Positions 51,537 to 60,257 of a stretch of DNA of 64,000 nucleotides are shown here, in pieces. The notes beneath the pieces were generated by a model. The model searched no databases. It was not told where the DNA came from and worked only from the letters and a program-made list of their open reading frames with translations. Made by a program: the position numbers and the translations under genes. Position 1 is the first letter of the stretch, and every line of letters starts with the position of its first letter. The stretch comes from a virus: the IMG/VR virus record IMGVR_UViG_3300027631_002653, positions 11,071-75,070 of that record; one strand, 5' to 3'.

Positions 51537-51791
51537 ATGAGTTATATAATAGGAAGTAGATGCATAGATGTAAAAGATCGCAGCTGTATAGATGCGTGTC
51601 CAGTAGATTGTATCTATGAAAATATCCAGCAAATGCTTATTAACCCAGAGGAATGTATTGATTGTGGAGCATGTATACCTGCTTGTCCTGTAGATGCTAT
51701 TTGGGATAGTGAAGACATGGCAATACAAATGGGTGAAGAAGCTTCAATTCACATTAACTATAGTCACTTTGGATTAAAATATAAAGGATAA
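51537..51791 (+). CDS. dicluster ferredoxin (FdxA-like)
   Basis: CIDVKDRSCIDACPVDCI and CIDCGACIPACPVDAI. Confidence 0.93.
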   Translation: MSYIIGSRCIDVKDRSCIDACPVDCIYENIQQMLINPEECIDCGACIPACPVDAIWDSEDMAIQMGEEASIHINYSHFGLKYKG

Positions 51792-51797
51792 AAAATT

Positions 51798-52019
51798 ATG
51801 AACAGAAAAATAGTAAAAGCAGTTACAATCACAAGCTGGTTGATTTTAATCCTATACATTGTATTACCATTCACTGGTGTGGTTACACGTGATTGGGGAA
51901 ACATATCAATATGGACAGCATTAAGCATCATATGGACAACCATATGGGTTGATGATTTAGATAAAATTAAAAAAGATAAAATTCAAGAACAACACGATAA
52001 AACAAAAGCAGGATTATGA
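51798..52019 (+). CDS. small membrane protein
   Basis: Two TM-like segments. Confidence 0.6.
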   Translation: MNRKIVKAVTITSWLILILYIVLPFTGVVTRDWGNISIWTALSIIWTTIWVDDLDKIKKDKIQEQHDKTKAGL

Positions 52020-52216
52020 CTAGTTTAACACTCGCACTACTAATACTTGTAGTAATTTCAAACACGTTTATGGCTCTAATGTATTATGAGCTATATCCAC
52101 TTACAATTCGTTCAATTAAATGGTTATTGTTTATACCTCCGTTGGCGTGGATACCTGTAATCATTTCAATAGTAAGAAACGCAATCGAATCAATTAAATA
52201 TAATTTAGAAAAATAA
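52016..52216 (+). CDS. small membrane protein
   Basis: Two TM-like segments. Confidence 0.55.
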   Translation: MTSLTLALLILVVISNTFMALMYYELYPLTIRSIKWLLFIPPLAWIPVIISIVRNAIESIKYNLEK

Positions 52217-52219
52217 GTT

Positions 52220-52429
52220 ATGACAAAGGAAGAATTTTTACAACAGGTAAGTGATTGGTATGACAATTCAGATAAACATTATGATGATTTTTTAATTAAT
52301 TTTGAAAAAGATAAAGATGAACTTATTAATATATTATCTGTAGAAGTTAAACATATGGCTAGGTTATTTGAACCTAAAACTAAAGAAGAGTGGATGCAAG
52401 ACATGTTAACACCATTTAAAGCAAAATAA
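52220..52429 (+). CDS. hypothetical protein
   Basis: ORF track. Confidence 0.6.
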   Translation: MTKEEFLQQVSDWYDNSDKHYDDFLINFEKDKDELINILSVEVKHMARLFEPKTKEEWMQDMLTPFKAK

Positions 52430-52430
52430 A

Positions 52431-52460
52431 TTTGGTTTCCTAAAATAGGGTTCGTATATT
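52431..52460 (+). promoter_or_regulatory. phage promoter
   Basis: TTTGG-N17-CGTATATT. Confidence 0.8.
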
Positions 52461-52483
52461 GACGACATAAAGAAATAAAAGTT

Positions 52484-52897
52484 ATGAACACAGAAAACTT
52501 AAACACACAGGAATTAGAAACACTAAGAACCTTGCTTAACAAAATGGCAGGTGAACCTCAAACTAAAATTTACATTGATCCAGTCAATAAAATGATTGAT
52601 AACATTATGGATGAATTTAATTTTGCTAGAGTTCAAAATGCAATGGATCATTTGAATTGGAAGTGGGTTGGTGAATATGTTACTATTGAAATGTTGAGAG
52701 AAGAAGCACGTCGATTACTTCAAGGTGCTATGTTTGCTAGATTACATGAATATAAAGATGAACATTGGGAACTAGGTATTCATCATTGTACAGGTGGATT
52801 TGAAGCAACAGCATTCTGTAATGAATCAAAAACTAAAATTACAGGGTTGGAATTAAAATTTATATTAAATAGTTGGGATGAATCAATAGAAGATTAA
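52484..52897 (+). CDS. hypothetical protein
   Basis: Behind promoter 52431. Confidence 0.7.
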   Translation: MNTENLNTQELETLRTLLNKMAGEPQTKIYIDPVNKMIDNIMDEFNFARVQNAMDHLNWKWVGEYVTIEMLREEARRLLQGAMFARLHEYKDEHWELGIHHCTGGFEATAFCNESKTKITGLELKFILNSWDESIED

Positions 52898-52898
52898 T

Positions 52899-53204
52899 AT
52901 GAGTCCACATCAAAAAGCAGCATACGAGATTATTCATGATTACTATTTTATATTGCCAAACAATGGTTCATTAAATAATGGGCTTATGAGTTGTGGAAGG
53001 CGTTATAAAGAGGCAATCGATTGTGCTTTAATAGGTGTTGAACGAATTATATTAACCCTAGAATTTATGTCAATAGAGAGTGATGCTATTTTTATTATGA
53101 ATCGAATCAATTTTTATGATAAGGTACAAACCGAATTATATAAAATAAAAGATGGTGATAGTAAATTAGATTTGAATGAATGGATGGAAATATTTAAAAA
53201 ATAA
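52899..53204 (+). CDS. hypothetical protein
   Basis: ORF track. Confidence 0.65.
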   Translation: MSPHQKAAYEIIHDYYFILPNNGSLNNGLMSCGRRYKEAIDCALIGVERIILTLEFMSIESDAIFIMNRINFYDKVQTELYKIKDGDSKLDLNEWMEIFKK

Positions 53205-53209
53205 GAGTT

Positions 53210-53401
53210 ATGGATAATAATAAAAACGATTTTCAAGTCTACGCTTTAGAAGTAGTAGATAAAGACACAACAGGGTATGTGCATTGGGCAGAAGGATTAA
53301 CATTATACATTGTTAAAGATGGAGTTACAATGAAACTAAATTCAGAAGAAATTAAACAGGTAGCTAAAGCGTTACCCGAAACAGTAGGAGGAAAATGGTA
53401 A
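53210..53401 (+). CDS. hypothetical protein
   Basis: ORF track. Confidence 0.6.
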   Translation: MDNNKNDFQVYALEVVDKDTTGYVHWAEGLTLYIVKDGVTMKLNSEEIKQVAKALPETVGGKW

Positions 53402-53556
53402 TGAGCAACAATAAACAAAGCATCGTGATAAAATTATTGCGATTAAAAGAGCAATTAGACAGTAATCCTTGGCAATACAATTGGATAATAGAAGAAATAG
53501 ATGAAATAATATATGCGTTAAACAATAAAGAAGACGATGACGATGACAAACAATAA
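53401..53556 (+). CDS. small protein starting MSNNKQ
   Basis: Hand-translated, 51 aa. Confidence 0.55.
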   Translation: MSNNKQSIVIKLLRLKEQLDSNPWQYNWIIEEIDEIIYALNNKEDDDDDKQ

Positions 53557-53641
53557 ACAACAAATTAAACCATTTTGGAAAGGGTTTTGGATGGGATGGA
53601 TGTCATTTTATCTTTTATTTAAACTAATAGAATCATTATGA
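53543..53641 (+). CDS. small hydrophobic peptide starting MTNNKQQ
   Basis: Hand-translated, 32 aa. Confidence 0.5.
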   Translation: MTNNKQQIKPFWKGFWMGWMSFYLLFKLIESL

Positions 53642-53826
53642 CAAACAATAAACAACAGACGGCAGTTACTTCCCTAATTATTTTAATCGGGGTTGTAATA
53701 CTGATTTGGGCAATGGCGAAAATTGACGCTGTATTTATTGGTGTACTAATAACTACTCTTTTAGTATTTATGTATGGTTGTATTCAATTAACTATTATTC
53801 GCAACAAAGGAGGTAACAATGAATAA
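53638..53826 (+). CDS. small membrane protein starting MTNNKQQ
   Basis: ORF track; two TM segments. Confidence 0.6.
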   Translation: MTNNKQQTAVTSLIILIGVVILIWAMAKIDAVFIGVLITTLLVFMYGCIQLTIIRNKGGNNE

Positions 53827-54391
53827 ATTAGACATGAACCTATTTGCATTTGTGGCTTGGTTAGTACGAAACCAACATGCACACAGTGAAGACAGATTAA
53901 CAATAAATGATGGTTACGAGTGGTACAATTATATGTGGAACAAATGGCTCCAAAACAGCGATATAGGGAAAAAAATAAGCAATGGAGATACAACGGTGAT
54001 AGGGATAAATAATATTCCAGATACAAACACGGATGAGAACATCACGACGGATAAAAATACAAATCATCCGAGGTGGACAAGTACAACAACGTGGGATAAC
54101 CTAGATGCAAATAACAATCAATCCACCACTAAAATAGCTAACCCATATGAGGATGATAGTGTGTATATAGATGAATTAATGTTAAGCATATATGTTGACA
54201 TGTATCTTGATAGTGGGTGTTTTGATTTCAATGTACCTGAGTGGCTTGAGGATGCATGGGAAGGTGATGCTGAAAAGGAATTAGCGGATGCTGTGTTATA
54301 TAGTTTTAGGATGTTTCTGGAAAATAGGGATTGGGTGAAACGAGATGAAGATGATGGAGAAGATAAATGGGGTGATTTTATAATTCAATAA
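53819..54391 (+). CDS. acidic hypothetical protein
   Basis: ORF track. Confidence 0.6.
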   Translation: MNKLDMNLFAFVAWLVRNQHAHSEDRLTINDGYEWYNYMWNKWLQNSDIGKKISNGDTTVIGINNIPDTNTDENITTDKNTNHPRWTSTTTWDNLDANNNQSTTKIANPYEDDSVYIDELMLSIYVDMYLDSGCFDFNVPEWLEDAWEGDAEKELADAVLYSFRMFLENRDWVKRDEDDGEDKWGDFIIQ

Positions 54392-54411
54392 ATTGCTTAA
54401 CTAGATAAATA

Positions 54412-54612
54412 ATGATGACACAACAGGAATTTGAACAACATAGAACAAAGTGGATTAAGGAATGGTCTGATAGATGGAGACTACTTGATATTGACTTTGA
54501 AGCCTATATGGTAATGAAAGGTATGGCACCTGAGGAATTTAAAACTATGAATGAGGCAAGTTGGGATAAGAATGAATTTATTGATGATGAGTGGAATGAG
54601 TCGTTTATATGA
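54412..54612 (+). CDS. hypothetical protein
   Basis: ORF track. Confidence 0.6.
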   Translation: MMTQQEFEQHRTKWIKEWSDRWRLLDIDFEAYMVMKGMAPEEFKTMNEASWDKNEFIDDEWNESFI

Positions 54613-54784
54613 GTTAGATAGGCCAAATGTGACAAACCCGATACATACTGATATATTAAGATACTGATATTTGTATTGTATGTGATAAACGATGGGTGTG
54701 ATGGAGAATATAAAATGGGGCTGGTGTTAACCCCTTTTCCCCACTCAACCAACCTAGAGTATAGGTACTTAAATATATACATTC

Positions 54785-54803
54785 ATCCAGAATCATTCTA
54801 AAT
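54785..54803. promoter_or_regulatory. degenerate 19-bp palindrome ATCCAGAATCATTCTAAAT
   Basis: Two mismatches to the family consensus; upstream of promoter 54824. Confidence 0.45.
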
Positions 54804-54823
54804 GACGCATTTTTCACAATAAA

Positions 54824-54853
54824 TTTGGCTGCCCAGGAGATCGTTCGTATATT
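54824..54853 (+). promoter_or_regulatory. phage promoter
   Basis: TTTGG-N17-CGTATATT. Confidence 0.8.
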
Positions 54854-54879
54854 ACCGATATAGAAATAAAATAAAGGTT

Positions 54880-55461
54880 ATGAAAGCATTACAAAATATC
54901 CAAAACGAGGCCAAACAGATTGTTATTCAACTTGCCGACCGTCAAATTAATGGTATGAAAGTTAAATATGGTGAATTCCAAAAATGGATGGCCATTGAAA
55001 ATAATCCAGTTATTCAACAACATTACAATGGTGAGGTGAGTGTAAATCAATATGATAGTGCTCACAAATATGTTTACATGACCCAATATAAGAGCTGGAA
55101 TCGTGAATTGAATCGATATGAATTGCCTACCTATTACCCATCTGATTATAAAGGTCAACGTGAGATGAGTTATAATAAGGATTTGGTGTATGTGGTTTAT
55201 GAGTTACGATTGCAGATAAGCAATAATTGGGAAACTCGTTACCGTGAGGATTTTGTTGCCCAAAACATGGTTAAATTAAACCGTGCATTAGCAAAACACC
55301 TTACCGATAATATGACCGCTAGTAATATTAAGGTTAATGTGGGTGGTGATGGAGCAGAGGTATTAGCTGATGTTGATGGTAAATTATTTAAAACATTTGG
55401 TACATTATGTGGTGGGTATGTTCAGTGTTTACATTACCGTTACAGAAGTTCATTAAAGTAA
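54880..55461 (+). CDS. hypothetical protein
   Basis: C-terminal GGYVQCLHYRY motif; own promoter. Confidence 0.75.
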   Translation: MKALQNIQNEAKQIVIQLADRQINGMKVKYGEFQKWMAIENNPVIQQHYNGEVSVNQYDSAHKYVYMTQYKSWNRELNRYELPTYYPSDYKGQREMSYNKDLVYVVYELRLQISNNWETRYREDFVAQNMVKLNRALAKHLTDNMTASNIKVNVGGDGAEVLADVDGKLFKTFGTLCGGYVQCLHYRYRSSLK

Positions 55462-55472
55462 TTTAAAGTAAA

Positions 55473-55502
55473 TTTGGCTCCCCGAGGGATTGTTCGTATA
55501 TT
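55473..55502 (+). promoter_or_regulatory. phage promoter
   Basis: TTTGG-N17-CGTATATT. Confidence 0.8.
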
Positions 55503-55528
55503 CACGGGGTAGAAATAAAATAAAGGTT

Positions 55529-55714
55529 ATGAAAATTCAAGATTTAAAAGTAGGTACTAAGTTCACAACGGTGGGTTTATCAATGAGTGGTAAAACAACT
55601 AAAACCAAATGTGAGTTAATTAGATATCATGGTATGAACCAATATCTTATATTAAGTGGTGGGTGTAGTATATTAATAGATGGTAACGAGGATATTTTAA
55701 ACATTATTAAATAA
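55529..55714 (+). CDS. hypothetical protein
   Basis: Start after AAAGGTT leader. Confidence 0.65.
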   Translation: MKIQDLKVGTKFTTVGLSMSGKTTKTKCELIRYHGMNQYLILSGGCSILIDGNEDILNIIK

Positions 55715-55719
55715 AGGTT

Positions 55720-55896
55720 ATGATTAAGAAAATCGATTTTAAATTTTTGTTCGCCGCAGTGGTATGTTTTATTATTGGATCAGCAATCCTTAATGGTACA
55801 TCTGGTATTTACTTTGCCGACCCATTAAATGAAATGTTCACATTCGCACTTGTGTGTGTGAGTGGTATTATATGTTTAGCCGCAATTAAAAAATAA
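55720..55896 (+). CDS. small membrane protein (58 aa)
   Basis: Hand-translated; AAAGGTTATG start. Confidence 0.6.
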   Translation: MIKKIDFKFLFAAVVCFIIGSAILNGTSGIYFADPLNEMFTFALVCVSGIICLAAIKK

Positions 55897-55901
55897 TTAA
55901 T

Positions 55902-56123
55902 ATGAGCGATACAGCATTTGACATGGCAGTTAACAATGCCAAGAAATTAGGTGAATGCCTTGGTGTAATGAAATTCCTAATCGAACATGGTGATCTAACT
56001 GATTTTAATTGGGGGCAATTATCCAGAACATATGTTAATGTGACGGGTGAGGATTTATATTCACAAGATACCATTGTATGGATACGTGCGGAGGCTATCC
56101 GTCGTGGGGTAGATATCGGGTAG
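55902..56123 (+). CDS. hypothetical protein
   Basis: ORF track. Confidence 0.6.
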   Translation: MSDTAFDMAVNNAKKLGECLGVMKFLIEHGDLTDFNWGQLSRTYVNVTGEDLYSQDTIVWIRAEAIRRGVDIG

Positions 56124-56490
56124 TACTACTACCGTGGGGCGGCCGGTATATATACCGCATATGTAAGTAATAAGGCACCACGCGCGCTGATGTCCATGCG
56201 GGGTTGGATACGTGTAAAAAAGACTTTAGCGTAAAAGTTGTATCGAGTATAGGTATAACCCCTCGACAAATATATACTTATATCCCCCAAAATCAAACCA
56301 CAAGTCCACTATAGGAAAAATTTAGGAAAATCCAAAAATCCAAATCTTCTCTTCTTAAAAAATTCTTACCCATATAAAGAATATATACTTATATATTTTA
56401 GTGCGTTAATTATTAATGAACTAAAAAACATGAGTGAGTTAAAGAAACACTATAACGCAGTAAAGAAAACATTTTAGAGTATTGCACAGG
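56124..56490. other. structured non-coding block (candidate origin, terminus or antisense RNA locus)
   Basis: Largest intergenic region; palindrome CGGTATATATACCG, direct repeat AATATATACTTATAT x2, local G-to-C strand-bias switch. Confidence 0.45.
56267..56297 (-). promoter_or_regulatory. minus-strand Bacteroidota-type promoter
   Basis: Reverse strand reads TTTG-N19-TATATTTG, an exact match to the host consensus TTTG-N19-21-TAnnTTTG. Confidence 0.5.
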
Positions 56491-56493
56491 AAA

Positions 56494-56523
56494 TTTGGAT
56501 TCCCAAGATATTGTTCGTATATT
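56494..56523 (+). promoter_or_regulatory. phage promoter
   Basis: TTTGG-N17-CGTATATT. Confidence 0.8.
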
Positions 56524-56529
56524 CACGTC

Positions 56530-57087
56530 ATGGAAATAAAGGTTATGCAAGTTACAGAAAAAGGTAGAATAAATGTTTGGTCAAAGGAAATTGAAATGTT
56601 TAAAAAAGAACATTTTGTAAACAGTTACACATTTGCTTGCGATTCCAGTGGTTTAGTAAAAACCGAAGACAATGATTGTGTTGTGAAAGCTTTTATGTGC
56701 GCTTTAGATATTCCATATGATCAAGCACACGCTTGGGTTAAAAAAGAACTAAAACGCCAAGATCGTAAAGCTACTTTTATGAATGCTTTTTGTAAAAATA
56801 TTATTGGAAAGACCAAAAATGGTAAAAAGATTAGTTTTATAGGAGCCCATCCGTTACGTAATATGAAATTCTCGGTTGGTAGTAATAAAGTATTAGTAAA
56901 CACACAATACAAAAAACCAACAGGTTATACATTAAAATCATTTATGGAAAGTAATCCAGTAGGTAGATTTGTATTAGTTGTTCAGGGTCACGCGGTAGCG
57001 GTAGTAAACGGGGTATTATATGGTAATTATGATGAGCAATACAAGGGTTTGTATCGTTCGGTTTGGTTTGGATTTGAATGTAAATAA
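56530..57087 (+). CDS. hypothetical protein (NDCVV...HA motif, peptidase-like fold possible)
   Basis: ATG at 56530 (predicted +1) or 56545. Confidence 0.7.
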   Translation: MEIKVMQVTEKGRINVWSKEIEMFKKEHFVNSYTFACDSSGLVKTEDNDCVVKAFMCALDIPYDQAHAWVKKELKRQDRKATFMNAFCKNIIGKTKNGKKISFIGAHPLRNMKFSVGSNKVLVNTQYKKPTGYTLKSFMESNPVGRFVLVVQGHAVAVVNGVLYGNYDEQYKGLYRSVWFGFECK

Positions 57088-57107
57088 AAATTATAAAAAT
57101 AAAAGTT

Positions 57108-57392
57108 ATGACGATAGAAGAAGCATTAGAACACAGAGACACGCTAGCAGATATTGCTACCGAATTGTATGGTGATTTTTACATCACACACCCAAAATTT
57201 TGGAACTCACCAACCGAATTACAAATGCGTGAGGTAGAAGAATTATTATTCGATGAGGTTTTGTTCGATGAGCATTTTAATCCAACACCCGAAGAAGTAG
57301 CACTTGCCGAGATCATCATGGAAGAATTTGACCTTAAAGATAAATTCGACGAATACTATGAAAACGACGAGGAGGATGAAGATACCATTTAG
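57108..57392 (+). CDS. acidic hypothetical protein
   Basis: ORF track. Confidence 0.65.
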   Translation: MTIEEALEHRDTLADIATELYGDFYITHPKFWNSPTELQMREVEELLFDEVLFDEHFNPTPEEVALAEIIMEEFDLKDKFDEYYENDEEDEDTI

Positions 57393-57405
57393 AATAGTTC
57401 TAAAT
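57387..57405. promoter_or_regulatory. 19-bp palindrome ATTTAGAATAGTTCTAAAT (Fur-box-like)
   Basis: Perfect 8-3-8 inverted repeat upstream of promoter 57426. Confidence 0.6.
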
Positions 57406-57425
57406 GACATTTCCTGTGCATTAAA

Positions 57426-57455
57426 TTTGGCTCCCCAAGGGATTGTTCGTATATT
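57426..57455 (+). promoter_or_regulatory. phage promoter
   Basis: TTTGG-N17-CGTATATT. Confidence 0.8.
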
Positions 57456-57496
57456 ACCGACATAGAAATAAGTTAAACAATTAAAAAATAAAAGTT

Positions 57497-58300
57497 ATGT
57501 TAGACATTCAAAATCAAGAGTTCATCAACAAAGCGGAAATTAAGAACCGCGCAAAGTCAATTTTCACTACCACTAGTGCTCCAAGCACAAGTGATAAGTA
57601 TGCCCACATCTCAACCGAGAAAATCATCGACGACATGGAGTTGTTAGGTTGGGGAGTAGTAGATGCTAAAGAGGTTAAAGCTCGTAAAGCAGATACAATG
57701 GGTTTCCAGAAACACTTAGTTGTGTTTAGGAACAACGACATCCAAATCACATCGGAGGATGGTGACACAATTTTCCCACAAATTTTATTAACCAATTCAC
57801 ACGACGGTAAAAATGCATTTACCTTCACAGCCGGTTTGTTCCGTATGATCTGTGAAAATGGTTTGGTTGTTTCAACCGCCGAATTCGAAAACATGAAAAT
57901 CCGTCACTACGGTTATTCATTCGAAGAACTACAAAACACAATTAAGGCCATGGTTGAAAAGCTTCCCCTTACTGTAGACTCGTTAAACAAATTTCGCGCC
58001 ATTGAACTTTCCCAAGCCCAATGCCTCGATTTTGCTCAAAAAGCTATTGCCGCTCGTTTCGACAACGAAATCGATAATATCCAGATTGATCTCCAAGATC
58101 TACTTACCCCAACCCGCAATGAGGATAAAGGAATGGATTTGTGGAGCGTGTATAACGTGATTCAGGAAAAATTAGTTCACGGTATGTTCAATTACAAGTA
58201 CGGTGTGAAGGTTCGTAAAGCCCGTAAGATCAAGAATTTCAAACAAGACATCGTGTTGAACGAGAAGTTGTATGACTTGGCTCTTGCATATGCTAACTAA
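57497..58300 (+). CDS. DUF932/DUF945-family protein
   Basis: NSHDGK, GLFRMICENGLV, DLWSVYNVIQEKL. Confidence 0.85.
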   Translation: MLDIQNQEFINKAEIKNRAKSIFTTTSAPSTSDKYAHISTEKIIDDMELLGWGVVDAKEVKARKADTMGFQKHLVVFRNNDIQITSEDGDTIFPQILLTNSHDGKNAFTFTAGLFRMICENGLVVSTAEFENMKIRHYGYSFEELQNTIKAMVEKLPLTVDSLNKFRAIELSQAQCLDFAQKAIAARFDNEIDNIQIDLQDLLTPTRNEDKGMDLWSVYNVIQEKLVHGMFNYKYGVKVRKARKIKNFKQDIVLNEKLYDLALAYAN

Positions 58301-58697
58301 CAACGTTTGGATTAATGGTTCGTTTGATGTGCTCCACACGGGACACATCAAACTGTTCCGTATTGCTCGTACGCTAGCTGGCCCAAATGGTAGTGTTTTT
58401 GTTGGTGTTGATACCGATGAGCGTATTTCCTCACATAAAGGTCCTTCTCGCCCTATTAATTCTCTTCAAGATCGTATTTTAATGCTTTCGTCTATAAAGT
58501 ATGTAGATCATGTTTTACCATTCGCATCGAATCACGAGCTTGAATCGCATATAAACACTATAAAACCGAAATACATGGTTATAGGCGATGATTATCGCGG
58601 TCAAGATATTATTGGATCCCAATTTATCGAGGAAATTATTTATGTTACACGGGATAATAAATCTACAAGTGATGTTGTGAATCGTATATACGGATAG
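58290..58697 (+). CDS. heptose-1-phosphate adenylyltransferase-like cytidylyltransferase (HldE/RfaE domain II)
   Basis: NGSFDVLHTGH, KGPSRPIN, GDDY, STS. Confidence 0.85.
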   Translation: MLTNNVWINGSFDVLHTGHIKLFRIARTLAGPNGSVFVGVDTDERISSHKGPSRPINSLQDRILMLSSIKYVDHVLPFASNHELESHINTIKPKYMVIGDDYRGQDIIGSQFIEEIIYVTRDNKSTSDVVNRIYG

Positions 58698-58750
58698 ATG
58701 TATATTATTATGAAGCGAAGCTTTTAAGAGCTAATTTAAAAATAAAAGTT

Positions 58751-59392
58751 ATGAAAAAAATACTTATAGTTCTGTCTATTATCTTTATTGGTTGTGAGAA
58801 AGAAGAAATTAGACCATTCCCTTGTTTAGATGGTAATTGTGGTTATCAATTTGCTGTTGATACTATTTCAAGTCCTGGTGCTAAATTATCTCCGGATGGT
58901 TATTGGAGAGTTAAACACAATGGTATAAATTATTTTACCATTCGAGGTTTAATTAGTCAACTCCATCCGGTTTATGTTGTCAATAAAGTGCCTATGGTTG
59001 AGACCAAATACGATTCCGACTATTGGATTGTATTTGATACTATACAATTTTCTACGCCAATGTATGGCTATATGGGGTGGTTTAATGATCAAACTTTAAA
59101 TAACCCTATTCCTATGGGTAACCATGTTTTTACTATAAACTACTTAAAATCTATTACTAGTATATTTAATCTAGCAGGTTACACTATAAGTCGAAATATG
59201 TGTTTGGATTGCCCATATACCGAAACCCTATTAGGCACATATTCAAAATATAACTACACGCCAACACAAAATATATTTTTTGATAATGAGATGATTGGTG
59301 ATACTGCTACTATATTTATCCAAATGACCTTTAATACCGATACTGGTCCACGTGTTGTTAAAAATCATGAAATGAAGTTTATTTTTATGTAG
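58751..59392 (+). CDS. lipoprotein
   Basis: MKKILIVLSIIFIG-C lipobox followed by EKEE. Confidence 0.7.
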   Translation: MKKILIVLSIIFIGCEKEEIRPFPCLDGNCGYQFAVDTISSPGAKLSPDGYWRVKHNGINYFTIRGLISQLHPVYVVNKVPMVETKYDSDYWIVFDTIQFSTPMYGYMGWFNDQTLNNPIPMGNHVFTINYLKSITSIFNLAGYTISRNMCLDCPYTETLLGTYSKYNYTPTQNIFFDNEMIGDTATIFIQMTFNTDTGPRVVKNHEMKFIFM

Positions 59393-59397
59393 AAAGA

Positions 59398-59427
59398 TTT
59401 GGCTTCCTGAAGGATTGTTCGTATATT
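59398..59427 (+). promoter_or_regulatory. phage promoter
   Basis: TTTGG-N17-CGTATATT; 30 bp identical to the copy at 50371. Confidence 0.8.
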
Positions 59428-59459
59428 TACGGTATAGAAATAAAAAATAAATAAAGGTT

Positions 59460-60254
59460 ATGCAAAACATTCAAATTGTAAAAAGAGGTCGTCCTGCTAA
59501 AGTAAGCCAAGCAGTTGAGTTTAATCCTACGGACATTAAATTGTTTAGAGGTAGTGATTTATCGTTTAGTGAAGATTTATTTAAACCACACAAAACGAAT
59601 CGTGAAATTGATATTATCTTATCTACCGAAGGTGGTTTAATGCCCGGTACTAACTTAGTACTTGCAGGTGGTCCTGGTAGTGGTAAATCAACAGTTGCAT
59701 TAGATATGCTTGCTGATTTTACTCGTCAAGGTTTAAAGTGTTTATTTGTAAGTGGTGAAATGGATGAAATTGCACACTACAAATACTGTAAACGTTTACC
59801 TAAGTTTGATTGTGTTCAAACCTTATTTTTGAAAAACTACGCTCATTGTGTTAAAGAAACTCTTGAACACATTTTTGCACAAGGTTATGATGTTGTTGCT
59901 ATTGATTCGATTGCTGAAGTAATTGAAATGGTAAAAGATAACTATAAAACAACTGAAGGTGCAGCTGAGTTTTGGTTTTTAAACTTACAAGATAAAAATA
60001 AAAAAGGTGATAATGCTGGTAAATATTACACTACATTTATTAATATTCAACAAGTTACTAAACAAGGTGATTTTGCAGGTTCAAACCGTTTAAAACATAT
60101 GACTGATGCTATGTGTCATGTTGAGCGTTCAAAAGATGGTTTAGCACGTAGTTTGCATTTTAGTAAAAACAGAGATTGTGATAAAGATTTTAAATTATAT
60201 TTCACAATTTATAACGATTCAATTCATTATTCTTACGAAACAATTAATAACTAA
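59460..60254 (+). CDS. RecA-superfamily (RadA/Sms-like) ATPase
   Basis: GGPGSGKST, SGEM, IDS, QVTKQGDFAGSNRLKHMTDA, KNR. Confidence 0.8.
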   Translation: MQNIQIVKRGRPAKVSQAVEFNPTDIKLFRGSDLSFSEDLFKPHKTNREIDIILSTEGGLMPGTNLVLAGGPGSGKSTVALDMLADFTRQGLKCLFVSGEMDEIAHYKYCKRLPKFDCVQTLFLKNYAHCVKETLEHIFAQGYDVVAIDSIAEVIEMVKDNYKTTEGAAEFWFLNLQDKNKKGDNAGKYYTTFINIQQVTKQGDFAGSNRLKHMTDAMCHVERSKDGLARSLHFSKNRDCDKDFKLYFTIYNDSIHYSYETINN

Positions 60255-60257
60255 TAT

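Noticed and set aside
28563-56529. Upstream-extended starts in the ORF track (28563, 32001, 50359, 55490, 56482; also 10403, 19597)
   Set aside because: Extensions run through promoter motifs or upstream genes; downstream ATGs with the conserved leader are better starts
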